A stretch of 64,000 nt of DNA, from positions 26,970,001 through 27,034,000 of the forward strand of contig CM022671.1 in the NCBI GenBank assembly GCA_012295275.1, read 5' to 3'. A program made the position numbers and the translations under genes. Shown here piece after piece: positions 32,602-55,786 of this stretch. Position 1 is the first letter of the stretch. Every line of letters starts with the position of its first letter. The notes below the pieces were generated by a model. It made no database searches, had not been told where the DNA came from, and saw only the letters and a program-made list of their open reading frames with translations. This DNA is from Chrysomallon squamiferum. Lineage: Eukaryota; Animalia; Mollusca.

Positions 32602-33154
32602 TAGCATGGATCAACAGGAACGATAATTCATAACGTTACAAATTACGTCACCGGAAAAAATGCCTCCAGAATTTAATGGGTGCAAACTACATCTCAGTGT
32701 TCTTTTCTGTTGGGTTCTGACACGAGTAATATTGCCAGTTAGAAAAGTTAATACATTAATCTTATACCGAATTATAACTTTAGTTTATTATGCACGCATT
32801 TACACGAAAATAATCCAGTTTGAAAAGTTTGATTAAGTTGAAAAAGTAGTTCGAAAGAAAACTTTCGATCGAAATCCAAGATGGCAGTTCTGAACGCCGA
32901 TCAGTGTTTACAAACTTTTAAACACGTATTACTTCAAAATGCAGTCAATTCTGCATGGATTATTAGAAATAATTTGGGGAAATATATTATTTAATCAGTG
33001 CCTCGTATACATATATGTCTATTATTGTGCCGAAATTGCTGCAAAGGTCAGAACACAATAGAAAAGAACATTGCACCCATTACATTCTGGAGGCATTTTT
33101 TCCGGTGACGTAATTTGTGCCGTTACGAGTTATCGGTCCTGTTGGTCCATGCTA
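32602..33154. mobile_element. MITE-like element with ~95-bp imperfect terminal inverted repeats (TAGCATGG...CCATGCTA)
   Basis: 32602-32706 is the reverse complement of ~33060-33154. Only left parts survive in the copies near 18820, 46293 and 51239. Confidence 0.6.
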
Positions 33155-33559
33155 TTAAAACTCCATAGCGAACAGATCTGAGTACGTTCACATGTTATTT
33201 GAATGATTGCCTGGATACATTCATTATAATGCTTGATTCCAGTTTTACAACAGAACATTGAAAACAAAAATGAAAGGTCTGTCAACCGGCCGTATGAAAA
33301 AAATATTAGTTAAAAATTAATTTTTCAATCGTTTTCGTTAAAACAAAAATTATTCAACTTGTAAAGCAATGCAAACAATATACTATTTTTATCATTACTA
33401 ATAGTACCACGTTAAACGTTATTTCGATGACTAGTTAAGCGACGTAATCTCAAAAACAAAATTTATGTATCGTTATAACAACAAACAAACAAACAAGAAA
33501 GACACATATAGTGATTTTACAGTCAGAAAAAAATTTTAAAAATTTTAATAAAATGTGAA

Positions 33560-33632
33560 AGGTTCCGGCGAGGCTCGAACTCGCGACCTTCTGCGTGTGA
33601 AGCAGACGTGATAACCACTACACCACGAAACC
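33560..33632 (-). tRNA. tRNA-Val-CAC: tRNA-Val (anticodon CAC)
   Basis: Same sequence as the 20020-20092 gene. Confidence 0.92.
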
Positions 33633-35072
33633 GTTATATACAACATTCAAGTGTTCCTGTGAAGTCGTAAAGAGCGATGTCTTACGAAAATATTTAGCAT
33701 ACATTACATGTGAAAGATTTTCTAAGTCATTAGATAAACGTTGTAAAAAAAAAACAAGACTTTCGTCTGTTTCTGCGGGACTTCCACTGTCAGCTTCATC
33801 CAGAATTCTTATTCAAAATCATTAGATACACACTGAAAAAAAAACTTTCCACTATTTCTGCTGGGTGTCCACTATCAGCTTCATCCAGAATTCTTATTCT
33901 GTGGCTTACTTTTTTCTCTTTTATTTTGTTCATCTTCACATCAATACTTCTGTCGTTTGATGTATTCGGGTAAAAAATAAAATATTCGTAAGAAGAATCA
34001 AATAATTCTCGGCTGAATATTTGTTGTTTTACCTTTCCTAGGAGGACCAGCAATGACGACACTGTTTGTTTCTTCATTACCCATAACTCATGTAGTGTTG
34101 CTGGACAATAGTTTTCATACGAAGAATTTTATCTTCTTTGGCGAAGGGCCCACTTTTTTTTATGTTCGACATATTGCTAATTTCCTATAAAGTCAAAAAG
34201 CAGACGTTATAACCACTACACCACTAAATTCACAGTTCTTTTATTGTATGCAAAATATTTAACAAGATTTATTACAACAATCTCACAGAAACTGTTAAAC
34301 ATGTCGCCAGTTCGAGCCTCGCCGAAACCTTTTTTTTTTTTCATTTTAAGTTTGTTTACTATTGAACAGCAAAATAAATTAGAATTACGTAATAATTTCT
34401 AATACTTAAGAAATAAATTCGATTTAACTGAAAAACTGTCATCAAACATACTGAGACAAAAGATGTGAGAACAGTTTAATATCGATTAGTCAGACTAACA
34501 GAAATTTAAACAAGCATTTAATGACTCCAACTCGTGACCTTTTGCATGTAAAGCAGATATGATCAAAAAAAAAAAAAAAAAATTTATCAAGATGGATTCA
34601 AATGACAAAAAGACATTGTTTAGAAATAACCTTTAAAAAAATATCTTTAATCTTATTTATTTATTTAATTATTTATGGTACTTGGAAGCATCGTAAATAG
34701 TTTCACGTAGTTCAGTGAATAAAAGGAACATCGGTAGAATAAGTAAAATCAGTGGACAGTAATTCTGTGTTCATTCTAAATAATATTACTTAAAACTTAG
34801 GAATAGGAATAGGAAAAAAATTAACGTGCTAATCAGAGCAAGCTGTTGTGAAGCACGTCTGCGACAGGCATGCTTTCTGATAGGTCAGCGGGCGTGTCCG
34901 TCGCAGAAGTTAAAACTTGAGTACTTTTCCTTTATATACTGTCGTCTACGTGCTGTGGTGCTCTGGCGCATATTAAAGACTGTGCCTATAAATGTCTGTA
35001 ACATTGTACGTGCAAGAATACTAAAATGTAATGCTGGTGATTCTAGCTTTGTATCACATGATTTTATTTAAC

Positions 35073-35145
35073 GGTTTCGTGGTGTAGTGGTTATCACGTC
35101 TGCTTAACACGCAGAAGGTCGCGAGTTCGAGCCTCGCCGAAACCT
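35073..35145 (+). tRNA. tRNA-Val-AAC: tRNA-Val (anticodon AAC)
   Basis: Same sequence as the 20382 gene; intact cloverleaf. Confidence 0.92.
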
Positions 35146-35563
35146 CGTTTACATTTTTCACAATTATTATTAATAATTAATTTTAATAGTTATAAATATA
35201 CCATCATTTACATTTAATTATAATTTTTTAGTAATTGAAACGTAAGTTTTTAGTGGTTTTCCGTATGAAATGTCTTTTTGACTTGTTTCTTTGTTCGTTT
35301 AGGTCTCTTTTGTTTTATAATAATATTTCAGTATATTTGGCCACGGAACTTGATTTTTCTTTTTAAATTTTGTATGTTTATTTGTTTATTTGTTTGTTCG
35401 TTTGTTAATTAATTTAATTGCTATATTAATGTATTTAATATCAGTAATAATAATAGCAGTAGTGATGATTGTGGTAGTAGTAGCAGCAGCACATACGGAA
35501 AAAAAAAAAAAAAGCACATTCTCCCGATATATCGTTCTTTTTTCTCTTTCTTTAAAAAAAAAA

Positions 35564-35596
<33 letters not shown>

Positions 35597-35689
35597 AAAT
35601 TATCGTTGATACGGTTTCATGATATAATTTCGTTCATGTATAATCTATTTACCTCTACACTGATATTTGTTATATCGAAAAAAAATAAG

Positions 35690-35789
<100 letters not shown>

Positions 35790-37230
35790 AACAGTGCAAT
35801 CTTCATTTAAATACATATTCTTGTCTGTCTATAAAATTCAAACTGTGAATCGGCAAGTGAATACATTGTCACTATCATAATATAAGTAATCTTATTTGTA
35901 TTGATATTGTTCTTATTGTTATTGTCGGTGTCCGTGTTGTTATTTCTATTAATAGTACTGTTCTGGTGGTGGCGGTGATGGTGTTATTATTAATTATTAT
36001 TATAACTCTTGTTGTTGTCATTGTTTTACCATCATCATCATCAATGTGATCATCATTACCGTGATCATCGTTGTATTCTCCATCAACAGCACAAACAGCG
36101 CAAGAGAAAGCACGAAAATGTTCAAAACAGACTAAAGATTTTCAGTTAGGACATCAAATAAAGATGTGTAACAGTAATATCTCACACTATAACTCTTATT
36201 ATATTTAGAAATAAAATAAATATAATTAAATAAAATTAAACAAAACTGGTCTAAAAGGGTTTATGTTTTAAGTCATGTAATACGGTAATGCGATCTCAGA
36301 TATTTACTAATGCAGTGTAAATCAAGGTAAATACGGTATGGCATATGTGTCGTTTTACTAGAATGTATCAAGTTTGGGTTTATCAAATGATACCAGTATT
36401 ATTTTACATGCTATATGACTCGCCGCTGCTGATATAATTCTACACCGGAGCAAACATAGGAATAACCTTTAACCTTTGTTAGAAATAATACAAACAAAGC
36501 ACGTTAAGCTTACAGTCTATCTTCGTTTTAGGACAACGTACTTACATATCTCATTAGCAGATGCATTTATGTGTGGCTGACTGTGGGTTTTGCTGTGACA
36601 CAAAACTTTCCATTTATTTTACACACGTACATGAAGAAATATTTTACCACCACTATAACTATTGCTGCTGCTACTGTTACTACTACTACTACCACAACTA
36701 CTACTACCATTATTAGTATTACTACTACTGCTTCTATTACAGCTATTGCTGCTGCAATTGCCACTACTACTACCACTATGTTGGTGATAACGATGACGAC
36801 GACGATGACGGTGATTTTTTTTGTACAGATAACATACCCAACTACCATTGTTTTCTTTCATATTATTATTTTTATTTATTGTTTTTATTTTTTTATTATT
36901 ATTGTTTTGTTAAAGTAATTTAACATTCTTTTCTCTTTTTTTATCCCCCTCTCATTTTATTATTTTTCAAGCTGGAAATAATGTGATGTTCAAAGACTGA
37001 TAAAAATTTAAAAGCTAGATTCAGTTTAACAACTTTTCTTTGATTTATTTGCTCGAGGCAAATCATTAGCCACTGAATAAGAAAAAGTAGAAAAAAATAT
37101 GTAAAAATAATAAAAAATAAAAGGCAAATAAAAAGTAATGAAAAGTAAGATCAACGTACATTAGTGTGAATTAAAATACATTTTTACAGCAAGACCAAAA
37201 GCAGCTAACTGAAAGGCAAAAAACAAAACA

Positions 37231-37270
<40 letters not shown>

Positions 37271-39118
37271 CAACAATAGTAATAATATAATAATAATAAT
37301 AATAAAATGTGACAACACTGAAAATATAAAATATATTCAAAACATTTAACATTATAAGTAATAATAATAATAACAATAATAATAATAATAATAATAATTC
37401 AGAAACAATCTGTATTAAAATGAACCAGCACACAACATATACATATTTAATTAGGATTTAATCAGTTGCTATTTTACATAATTATATGGTTAGAGTCGAC
37501 ATATCTGTTACTCAGAACATACTTACTGCACACTGATGTTGTTCTTCTTCGTTGTAAAAGGAAAACAGCCACACAGTATTCGTATTTGTCTTGGAGGCAA
37601 CAAAACATTGTTTTAAAAACTGACATCTTTAATTTCAAGATGGCCTACTCACTATTTCAGTATGTTCCTGTAAAGCTGATCGACATTGTCTCTGGTGATT
37701 AAAATTTGATTTTGGATTTAAACACTACAACGAGTACACAAATGTCAGTTCAAAATCCGTTGCGTAAATCCACTCGTACTGTTTTAATACGAATTTGATT
37801 ACGATCTATATAATATTAATCTATATTTTTGCTGAGTGTTATTGTTATTATTATGTACTCTTTTTTGTTTCTTAAATTTGTATGTTTGTTTTTATATCAT
37901 TATTTTTTTTTTATTATTATTATTAATTTTTTTTTAATTTGTTCTTTATATATATCCATTATTGTCACACTATTTGAACCTACATAGTTGGGTATTAATT
38001 ATCTGTTGACTGGAGAAGGTCATAAAGTAAAGTCACAATTTACAGAAAGTCACAATGTACATGTGTTTGTATTTGTAGGGTATAATAATGAGGCAGTAGA
38101 CGAAACATCACTGAACCGTGAACCGACTGAGACTAAAACTCACTAACAAAATGTTTTACATTTGTGGGTTATTTGAGTTGTCTGCGTATTTATTTTAAAG
38201 TTGTCGCCTTTTTCACCCTGTTTTTATTATTGTTGTTGTTATTATTATTATCATCATCATCATATTATTTTTTTTGTTTTTTGTTACTTGATTTTTTAAC
38301 CTTTTTTCATAGTTGTTTTTCTCCTGCTGTGACAGTTTCCTCTTGAATAATCTAGTTAAGTGTTTTTTAATTTAATTTAATATATATTATACCTCTGCGG
38401 TTTTTATTAAATGTGAATACAATTCAGAACACAACAAAGATTCATGTTTCATCTGTAAACAAATGGAAACTCATTTCAGTGTTAATCTGCTTTTGTACCT
38501 TTTTTCATGGTAACAGTTAAACTCTGTCTCTCTGTTTAGTTTATCAACGACCGTTGATCAAGCATGTGCTGAGATTACTGTTGAATAAATAAATAAATAA
38601 GGAAGTAAATAAATCAAATTAAAAAAAAAAACACAAGAGTAATTTTGAAATAAATATCAAAGTTAATAATAACATTATGTTACACAAAAAAAAAAAAGGA
38701 ATAATAATAATAAATAAATAAATAAATTTTAAGAGAGAGGAAAAAAACATCGAACCCGCGCGCACACCTACACATTCACATACACAGCCACACGCATAAA
38801 TAAATAAATAAATCAATAAATAAAAACAGAATATAACGCAATATAAAATGAATAATTATGAAGGTAACAATATATCTGTTCTTTTTTTTTTTTTTTTTTT
38901 TTTTTCAGGTCACGCGCCAGTAACAGACTGCTTTGAACACCACGTGTTGAAAAGGAGCGAGTAGTGAAGAAAATAAAATTCACAATTTTGTAACGAGTTT
39001 TCAAATACCTTATTTGATAAAAAAAAAAAAACATTAAAACGCGCTGAGAAAGCCATTTAAATTTTGACTGTAGACAAAACTACGTTAAAGGAAAACGTGT
39101 AGGTCACTGAACACGACA

Positions 39119-45130
<6,012 letters not shown>

Positions 45131-45455
45131 AGCTGAATTAATTCGAAAACACGTAGAATGCTGTAATACGTAGAATCGATTTAAAACTAATAATGATAAA
45201 AAGCAGTTACATTTTAAATAGCGTCGACTGTCCCAGGGTGATACATTTTTAAATAGTATAATTTAGTGTACAAAGTGAATTCTTAAAACTGTTTGTTAGA
45301 ATCTAATTTTAGAGAACTTTGATTATTGTATGAACTAGTTTAGTTATATATTTAAAAAGCTCTAGTGAAGAAAAGTATTTAATTTTGACATGCCCTTCCT
45401 GAAGAAAAAACATATCTATCTCTATGTATCTATCTATTTTTTTTCTATCTATCTG

Positions 45456-45539
<84 letters not shown>

Positions 45540-45799
45540 CCTACCTATCTAAAATCTATCTATATATCTATCTATCTATCTATATAATACTTAATCATTA
45601 TGGAATCAAATCTAATCAGGTGAAAAATATTTTAGGAAATAAAGACATATATTTCCAAGACGTATTTTGCTCTGTAATTTGTTTCAACTAAGCCAGATTG
45701 CATTTAGAATTGTGAAAAATATATATATTTATGTTTTTCTGAGTTAATTTAATTATTGAGTGATAATGAGGGGGAAGCAGAAGCTGGATTTCAAACAAT

Positions 45800-46180
45800 T
45801 TAAAAGTTCAATGTTTATAGCTTTCAATTTTTCTTCAATGACTTCATCTTTTATGTATGCAGGCAAGTGCAGAAACGAAATAACAATAGTTTCAGATTTT
45901 AAAATTCTTACCTTAATTTTCAGTTCTTTCAATACTACTTTTTCATTTTCTGCAATTATTCTGGCATGTATAATATCATTAAGAGTTACTTCATGAGTGT
46001 CCGATCCTTTCGGTCTTTTCTTGTTGTCTTCAACATTTATAATAACTGTGCATTATTGTTTATAAACATTTTTCTTCATTATTTCTTTTCTTGAATCCAT
46101 ACCGCTAATCTTTTCTTCCACCTTTTGTGTTTCTTTTACCCCCAAAGGGGGCCTTTTAGCCAAACAACCCTTCAGCTTTT
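45800..46180 (-). mobile_element. Tx1-like relic: 5'UTR plus ORF1 N-terminus
   Basis: MDSRKEIMKKNVYKQ*CTVIINVEDNKKRPKGSDTHEVTLNDIIHARIIAENE...ISFLHLPAYIKDEVIEEKL. Confidence 0.65.
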
Positions 46181-46234
46181 ATCAGAATAATATTTGTATT
46201 ATTTTCAAGTTTTTATTGTTTCACTGATCTCAAC

Positions 46235-46287
46235 GGTTTTTGTGGTGTAGCTGTTATCACGTCTGCTTGACAAGTGTCGGTGGAACC
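46235..46287 (+). pseudogene. Degenerate tRNA-Val (GAC-like loop)
   Basis: Paralog of 18741-18792. Confidence 0.65.
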
Positions 46288-47116
46288 TGATAGTAGCATG
46301 GACCAACAGGAACGATAACTCTAACGGCACAAATTACGTCACTGGAATTTAATGGGTGCAAACTACATCTCAGTGTTCTTTTCTGTTGGGTTCTGACACG
46401 AGTAATATTGCCAGTTAGAAAAGTTAATACATTAATCTTATACCGAATTATAATTTTAGTTTGTTATGCACGCATTTACACGAAAATAATCCAGTGTGAA
46501 AAGTTTGATTAAGTTGAAAAATTAGTTTGAAAGGCGCGGGACATCATGGTTTGGCTATATGAACAACCATCAATGTCTTTATCAGTGTAAATCATAAAAA
46601 GTTCAGAAAATAGATGTAAAATAATTGAAAATTGAAGTTTTAAATCTTTCGTGAGCTAACGGAAACTTCCGACCGAAATCCAAGATGGCAGCGTCGAAGG
46701 ACTTTAAACACTTATTACTTAGTAATGCAATCAGTTCTACATGGATTATTATAAGTAATTTGGGAAATATGCCCCAGATCATAATGTCAGTACTATAAAA
46801 TGCTGCTAAAACCGCCTCTAGGCTGCAGAATGAATGAAATTATTATTAATTTAATTTAATTGATTTCCTGATAATGTATTGTTTCTTTTTGTTTATTAAT
46901 TTTTTGTATATGACTCGTATGTGTGCATGGCTTAGTGCTGTGTGTATATGTATTTCTGTTGTTTATTCTATTTCAGTGTAACTGTATAACTGATTATATT
47001 ATTATTGTTGTTGTTGTTGTTGTTGTTGTTGTAATTAGTGTTGTGTAATACTATTACTATTATTATTAATATTATCGTTATAATTATTATCATAGTTATC
47101 AGTATCATCATCATCA

Positions 47117-47199
<83 letters not shown>

Positions 47200-47204
47200 T
47201 TCAG

Positions 47205-50179
<2,975 letters not shown>

Positions 50180-50490
50180 AGCTGAATTAATTCGAAAACA
50201 CGTAGAATGCTGTAATACGTAGAATCGATTTAAAACTAATAATGATAAAAAGCAGTTACATTTTAAATAGCGTCAACTGTCCCAGGGTGATACATTTTTA
50301 AATAGTATAATTTATTGTACAAAGTAAATTCTTAAAACTGTTGGTTAGAATCTAATTTTAGAGAACTTTGATTATTGTATGAACTAGTTTAGTTATATAT
50401 TTAAAAAGCTCTAGTGAAGAAAAGTATCAAATTTTGACATGCCCTTCCTGAAGAAAAAAACATATCTATCTCTATGTATCTATCTATTTT

Positions 50491-50527
<37 letters not shown>

Positions 50528-50749
50528 ATAATACTTAATCATTATGGAATCAAATCTAATCAGTTGAAAAATATTTTAAGAAATAAAGACATATATTTCC
50601 AAGACGTATTTTGCTCTGTAATTTGTTTCAACTAAGCCAGATTGCATTTAGAATTGTGAAAAATATATATATTTATGTTTTTCTGAGTTAATTTAATTAT
50701 TGAGTGATAATGAGGAGGGAAGCAGAAGCTGGATTTCAAACAATTTAAA

Positions 50750-51125
50750 AGTTCAATGTTTATAGCTTTCAGTTTTTCTTCAATGACTTCATCTTTTATG
50801 TATGCAGGCAAGTGCAGAAACGAAATAACAATAGTTTCATATTTTAAAATTCTTACCTTAATTTTCAGTTCTTTCAATACTACTTTTTCATTTTCTGCAA
50901 TTATTCTGGCATGTATAATATCATTAAGAGTTACTTCACGAGTGTCCGATCCTTTCGGTCTTTTCTTGTTGTCTTCAACATTTATAATAACTGTGCATTA
51001 TTGTTTATAAACATTTTTCTTCATTATTTCTTTTCTTGAATCCATACCGCTAATCTTTTCTTCCACCTTTTGTGTTTCTTTTACCCCCAAGGGGGGCCTT
51101 TTAGCCAAACTACCCTTCAGCTTTT
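50750..51125 (-). mobile_element. Tx1-like relic: 5'UTR plus ORF1 N-terminus (duplicate of 45800-46180)
   Basis: ORF 50632-50877, KELKIKVRILKYETIVISFLHLPAYIKDEVIEEKL. Confidence 0.65.
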
Positions 51126-51179
51126 ATCAGAATAATATTTGTATTATTTTCAAGTTTTTATTGTTTCACTGATCTCAAC

Positions 51180-51232
51180 GGTTTTTGTGGTGTAGCTGTT
51201 ATCACGTCTGCTTGACAAGTGTCGGTGGAACC
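51180..51232 (+). pseudogene. Degenerate tRNA-Val (GAC-like loop)
   Basis: Paralog of 46235-46287. Confidence 0.65.
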
Positions 51233-51948
51233 TAATAGTAGCATGGACCAACAGGAACGATAACTCTAACGGCACAAATTACGTCACTGGAATTTAATGG
51301 GTGCAAACTACATCTCAGTGTTCTTTTCTGTTGGGTTCTGACACGAGTAATATTGCCAGTTAGAAAAGTTAATACATTAATCTTATACCGAATTATAATT
51401 TTAGTTTGTTATGCACGCATTTACACGAAAATAATCCAGTGTGAAAAGTTTGATTAAGTTGAAAAATTAGTTTGAAAGGCGCGGGACATCATGGTTTGGC
51501 TATATGAACAACCATCAATGTCTTTATCAGTGTAAATCATAAAAAGTTCAGAAAATAGATATAAAATAATTGAAAATTGAAGTTTAAAATCTTTCGTGAG
51601 CTAACGGAAACTTCCGATCGAAATCCAAGATGGCAGCGTCGAAGGACTTTAAACACTTATTACTTCGTAATGCAATCAGTTCTACATGGATTATTATAAG
51701 TAATTTGGGAAATATGTCCCAGATCATAATGTCAGTACTATAAAATGCTGCTAAAACCACCTCTAGGCTGCAGAATGAATGAAACTATTATTAATTTAAT
51801 TTAATTGATTTCCTGATAATGTATTGTTTCTTTTTGTTTATTAATTTTTTGTATATGACTCGTATGTGTGCATGGCTTAGTGCTGTGTGTATATGTATTT
51901 CTGTTGTTTATTCTATTTCAGTGTAACTGTATAACTGATTATATTATT

Positions 51949-51980
<32 letters not shown>

Positions 51981-52064
51981 AATTAGTGTTGTGTAATACT
52001 ATTACTATTATTATTAATATTATCGTTATAATTATTATCATAGTTATCAGTATCATCATCATCA

Positions 52065-52138
<74 letters not shown>

Positions 52139-52143
52139 TTCAG

Positions 52144-52497
52144 CCACACACTGGACATACACAGATGAATATCGTAAGTAAACTAACATTAAATGTCTCT
52201 AGTCGACCTACATAAACATTCTGTCACAGATCTGACTGTATTACCTCAGTAAAAACAGATAGATTGGCAGAGATGTGTTAATACGCAGGGTAAATGCTTG
52301 CCGTAAGTTGTCTCCCGATCCAACCAGTGCTCTTTTATTACTTTGCCAAAGACTGTGTTATTTTTTATTGTCTGTGTGAAGGTGAAAACACATAAAATTA
52401 TTACTAATTGCTAAGTAGATAACGAAGTTTCACCTATTCATCTTTGACTGAAATCTTAATAATAACTATTAATGTGTATTAATGAGGTTTTATTAAA

Positions 52498-52589
<92 letters not shown>

Positions 52590-52719
52590 CTACGTATGTA
52601 TTCATGTATGTGTTTCTTTATTTATATCTGCATTTGTTTAAACATTTCAGCCCCTAGCAAATGGCACGAGAGTTTTCCATTATGTGGTGGAAAAAGCCAA
52701 TCACCAATCAATATCGATG
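52144..52719 (+). pseudogene. Carbonic anhydrase fragment D (exon 2 plus truncated exon 3)
   Basis: Exon 2 at 52144-52173. Exon 3 starts at 52651 and breaks after QSPINID at ~52719. Confidence 0.85.
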
Positions 52720-53658
52720 TGGATTATTATAAGTAATTTGGGAAATATGTCATTTAATCAATGCCTACTATACAGAGATGTATATTACTGAGTCGAAATT
52801 GCTACAAAGGTCGAAATCGTTTTTGGGTTTTTTTTTTATTATTATTGTATGAACAATAAAAAAAAATAAAAAAAAATAAAAAATTAGTAATAAAATAAAA
52901 TATTTTTCATAGACACTGACCCTTGAATACGAAGAAGACTATTCTCATTAGGTACCATAATGTGGACACGTTACTCTGTTAAAACTGCATAGCGGACAGT
53001 TCTGAGTTCGTAGTTGTAAAACGATACTTGAAACCATTATAATTATTTTTTTTCTTATTTTTTTTAATAATATTTATTTCCATTTTCAATGCATTAGAGG
53101 TCGTATTTATATGTAAAAAGCAAATTGATTACGTTAATTGAATCATTGCCTTGATACATTTATTATAAGGCTTGATACCAGTTTTACAACAGAAAATAAT
53201 AAAATAAATAAATAAAAAAATTAAAAATAACATTAAAGGTCCGTCAACCGGCCATAAACAAAAATTAGTTAAAAATGAATTTTTCACTCGTTTTCGTTAA
53301 AACAATGAGTTTGCTATTTTTGTTTAAAAAAAATCATTGGTCCATACTAATAGTAATAGTTTGTTTACAACCGTACCACGTTGAAAGCACCGGTTCTCAT
53401 CCGATGACAGAAGTTAAGCGACTTTGTAATCTCACATTAATTTTTATTTCAAAATTTTAGCATATCAAAAACAAACAAGTACCATAATATATAATTAAGT
53501 GATGAAGAAACACAACAGCAAACAAACAAACAACAAATGACACATTCTTATGAAAAGACAGCTAAACGATATTTCACTTACTATAGGAAAAAACAATCTA
53601 TGTATCGTTATACAGACAGAAAGATAAAGTGATTTTTGAAATTTTAATAAAATGTAAA

Positions 53659-53731
53659 AGGTTCCGGCGAGGCTCGAACTCGCGACCTTCTGCGTGTGAA
53701 GCAGACGTGATAACCACTACACCACGAAACC
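53659..53731 (-). tRNA. tRNA-Val-CAC: tRNA-Val (anticodon CAC)
   Basis: Intact cloverleaf; flanks match the 33560 gene. Confidence 0.92.
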
Positions 53732-54229
53732 GTTATATACAACATTCCAGTGTTCCTGTGAAGTCGTAAAGAGCGATGTCTTACGAAAATATTTAGCATA
53801 CATTACATGTGAAAGATTTTCTAAGTCATTAGATAAACGTTGTAAAAAAAAAACCCAAGACTTTAGTCTGTTTGTGCGGGACTTCCACTGTCAGCTTCAT
53901 CCAGAATTCTTATTCTGTGTCTTACTTTTTTCTGTTTCACTTTGTTCCTCATCACATCACAACTCGTGACCTTTTGCATGTAAAGCAAACGTGATAACCC
54001 TTTTTTAACTTTTTGGCAGTTTTTACAAATATTTTCAAATAAAATAGATAAAAATTAACAATAATATTTACTAATATAATCTGATAGTATAATTGATTCA
54101 AAATATCTTTATTTTATTAGGTGGTTTGAGAGATATTGACTGTTACTGTCAGTCTGCAAGAGAATATTTGTATTTTAAAAGATTATGTTTTAAAGTTATA
54201 TCAGTATTGTTTTCTATATATTTGCTAAT

Positions 54230-54332
<103 letters not shown>

Positions 54333-54610
54333 TATCTAGCTGGTTCAAATGACAAATAGACACTAGTATAGAAAAAACATTTCGAAAAAAAATTTAATCT
54401 TTTTTATTTATTTAATTCTTTATGGTATTAAGAAGCATCCTAAAAGACACTGTTTCGAAAATGTGAAAATATCTACGGACTGTACTTTTTTCGCTAAATT
54501 TACTTTTTCACACCGACCTTTTCAACATCGGACAAAATAAAAAAATTAGTATTCTTATAAATAATGAGGTGGGAAATAATTTATAATAAAAAAAAAAAAA
54601 AAAAAAAAAA

Positions 54611-54674
54611 AGTTCCAGCGAGGCTCGAACTCAAGACCTTCTTCGTGTGAAGCAGACGTGATAACCAAGAAACC
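54611..54674 (-). pseudogene. tRNA-Val(CAC) pseudogene
   Basis: Deletion in the 5'/D region plus several stem mismatches; positional paralog of the 20020 gene. Confidence 0.8.
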
Positions 54675-54933
54675 ACTGTATATTTTACACGTTAACAGTA
54701 TCACGTGGTTCAGTAAATAAAAAGAATATCAGTAGTATAACTAAAGTCAACAGACTTTCTATATAATATTTGCTAAAATCTGTAAAACCTAAATAGTTTT
54801 CCATTATATACTGTCATCTATGTTGTGTAGTGCTCTGGCGCATATTAAAGACTGTGCATATAAATGTCTGTAAGATTGTACGTACCATTTCCTAAAATTG
54901 GTTATATCTTTCTATTGCACGATTGTGTTTAAC

Positions 54934-55006
54934 GGTTTCGTGGTGTAGTGGTTATCACGTCTGCTTAACACGCAGAAGGTCGCGAGTTCGAGCCTCGTCG
55001 AAACCT
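54934..55006 (+). tRNA. tRNA-Val-AAC: tRNA-Val (anticodon AAC)
   Basis: Intact cloverleaf with one C65T change giving a G-U pair in the T stem. Confidence 0.88.
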
Positions 55007-55034
55007 CGTTTAGTTTTCTTTTTTTCATGATTGA

Positions 55035-55140
55035 CTTATCAGAGGAGCAGGTGAGTTACAAAATAAAACATTGTGATTAAATTATGTCAGGAAGATAAAA
55101 GGTGCAGGTTATTGACAGAAATATCCAGACTCGTTGGCGT
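55035..55140 (+). pseudogene. Orphan relic of the CA exon 7 end and intron 7 start
   Basis: ttatcagaggagcag|gtgagttac...gaaatatccagactcgttg matches the CA exon 7/intron 7 junction. Confidence 0.7.
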
Positions 55141-55210
55141 TGTATCAGTTTCCGGTATAAAGGAATATCTATTATACTCAATGCCAGTGAAGATTTTATA
55201 TTTATATATA

Positions 55211-55454
55211 TATTGTTGCCCACAAGTAGGTTTACAGTTATTAAACTATCGTTTATATGCTTGAAGTTACTTGCTAAGTACAATTAACATAAAATATTAC
55301 TCGGGTCTAACTTGTAATAAATTAATTAAAAAATGTTGAAGAAAGACATTTTGAGCACCTGAGAGATTAAACAGTTTCTGTTTAATGCTTGAAACATGCT
55401 TATATTTTAAAATAAATTGCCTACGTAATAACTGTAAACCTACTTTTGGGCCAT

Positions 55455-55458
<4 letters not shown>
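55211..55458. mobile_element. Tc1/mariner-like MITE
   Basis: gcccacaagtaggtttacagttatt (55218-55242) is inverted relative to aataactgtaaacctacttttgggc (55427-55451), and the right end is ...catcctg. Confidence 0.6.
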
Positions 55459-55487
<29 letters not shown>

Positions 55488-55744
55488 ACACACACACACA
55501 CACACATTTATATATTGTAATATCAGAATTTTAGGATTATAATAAACAGACATAGAAACATTGTTATTGTTATTTAAATAATCTTATGATAAATAATTCA
55601 GAATTCGATGTTCCTTGTTAAACATTCTTCAGTGTAAGTCTGAATTCAGTTTAAAATATTGTGTGTATTTTATTGGAAATATATGTCTTTATTTCTTAAA
55701 ATATTTTTCGATTAATTAGATTTTATTCCTAAATGATCAAGTAT

Positions 55745-55786
<42 letters not shown>

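Noticed and set aside
33900-34330. Second tRNA split by a retroelement (5' half at ~34200-34228 minus, 3' scrap at ~34309-34330 plus)
   Set aside because: The halves are in opposite orientations, and I see no TSD or poly(A) junction; too decayed to call.
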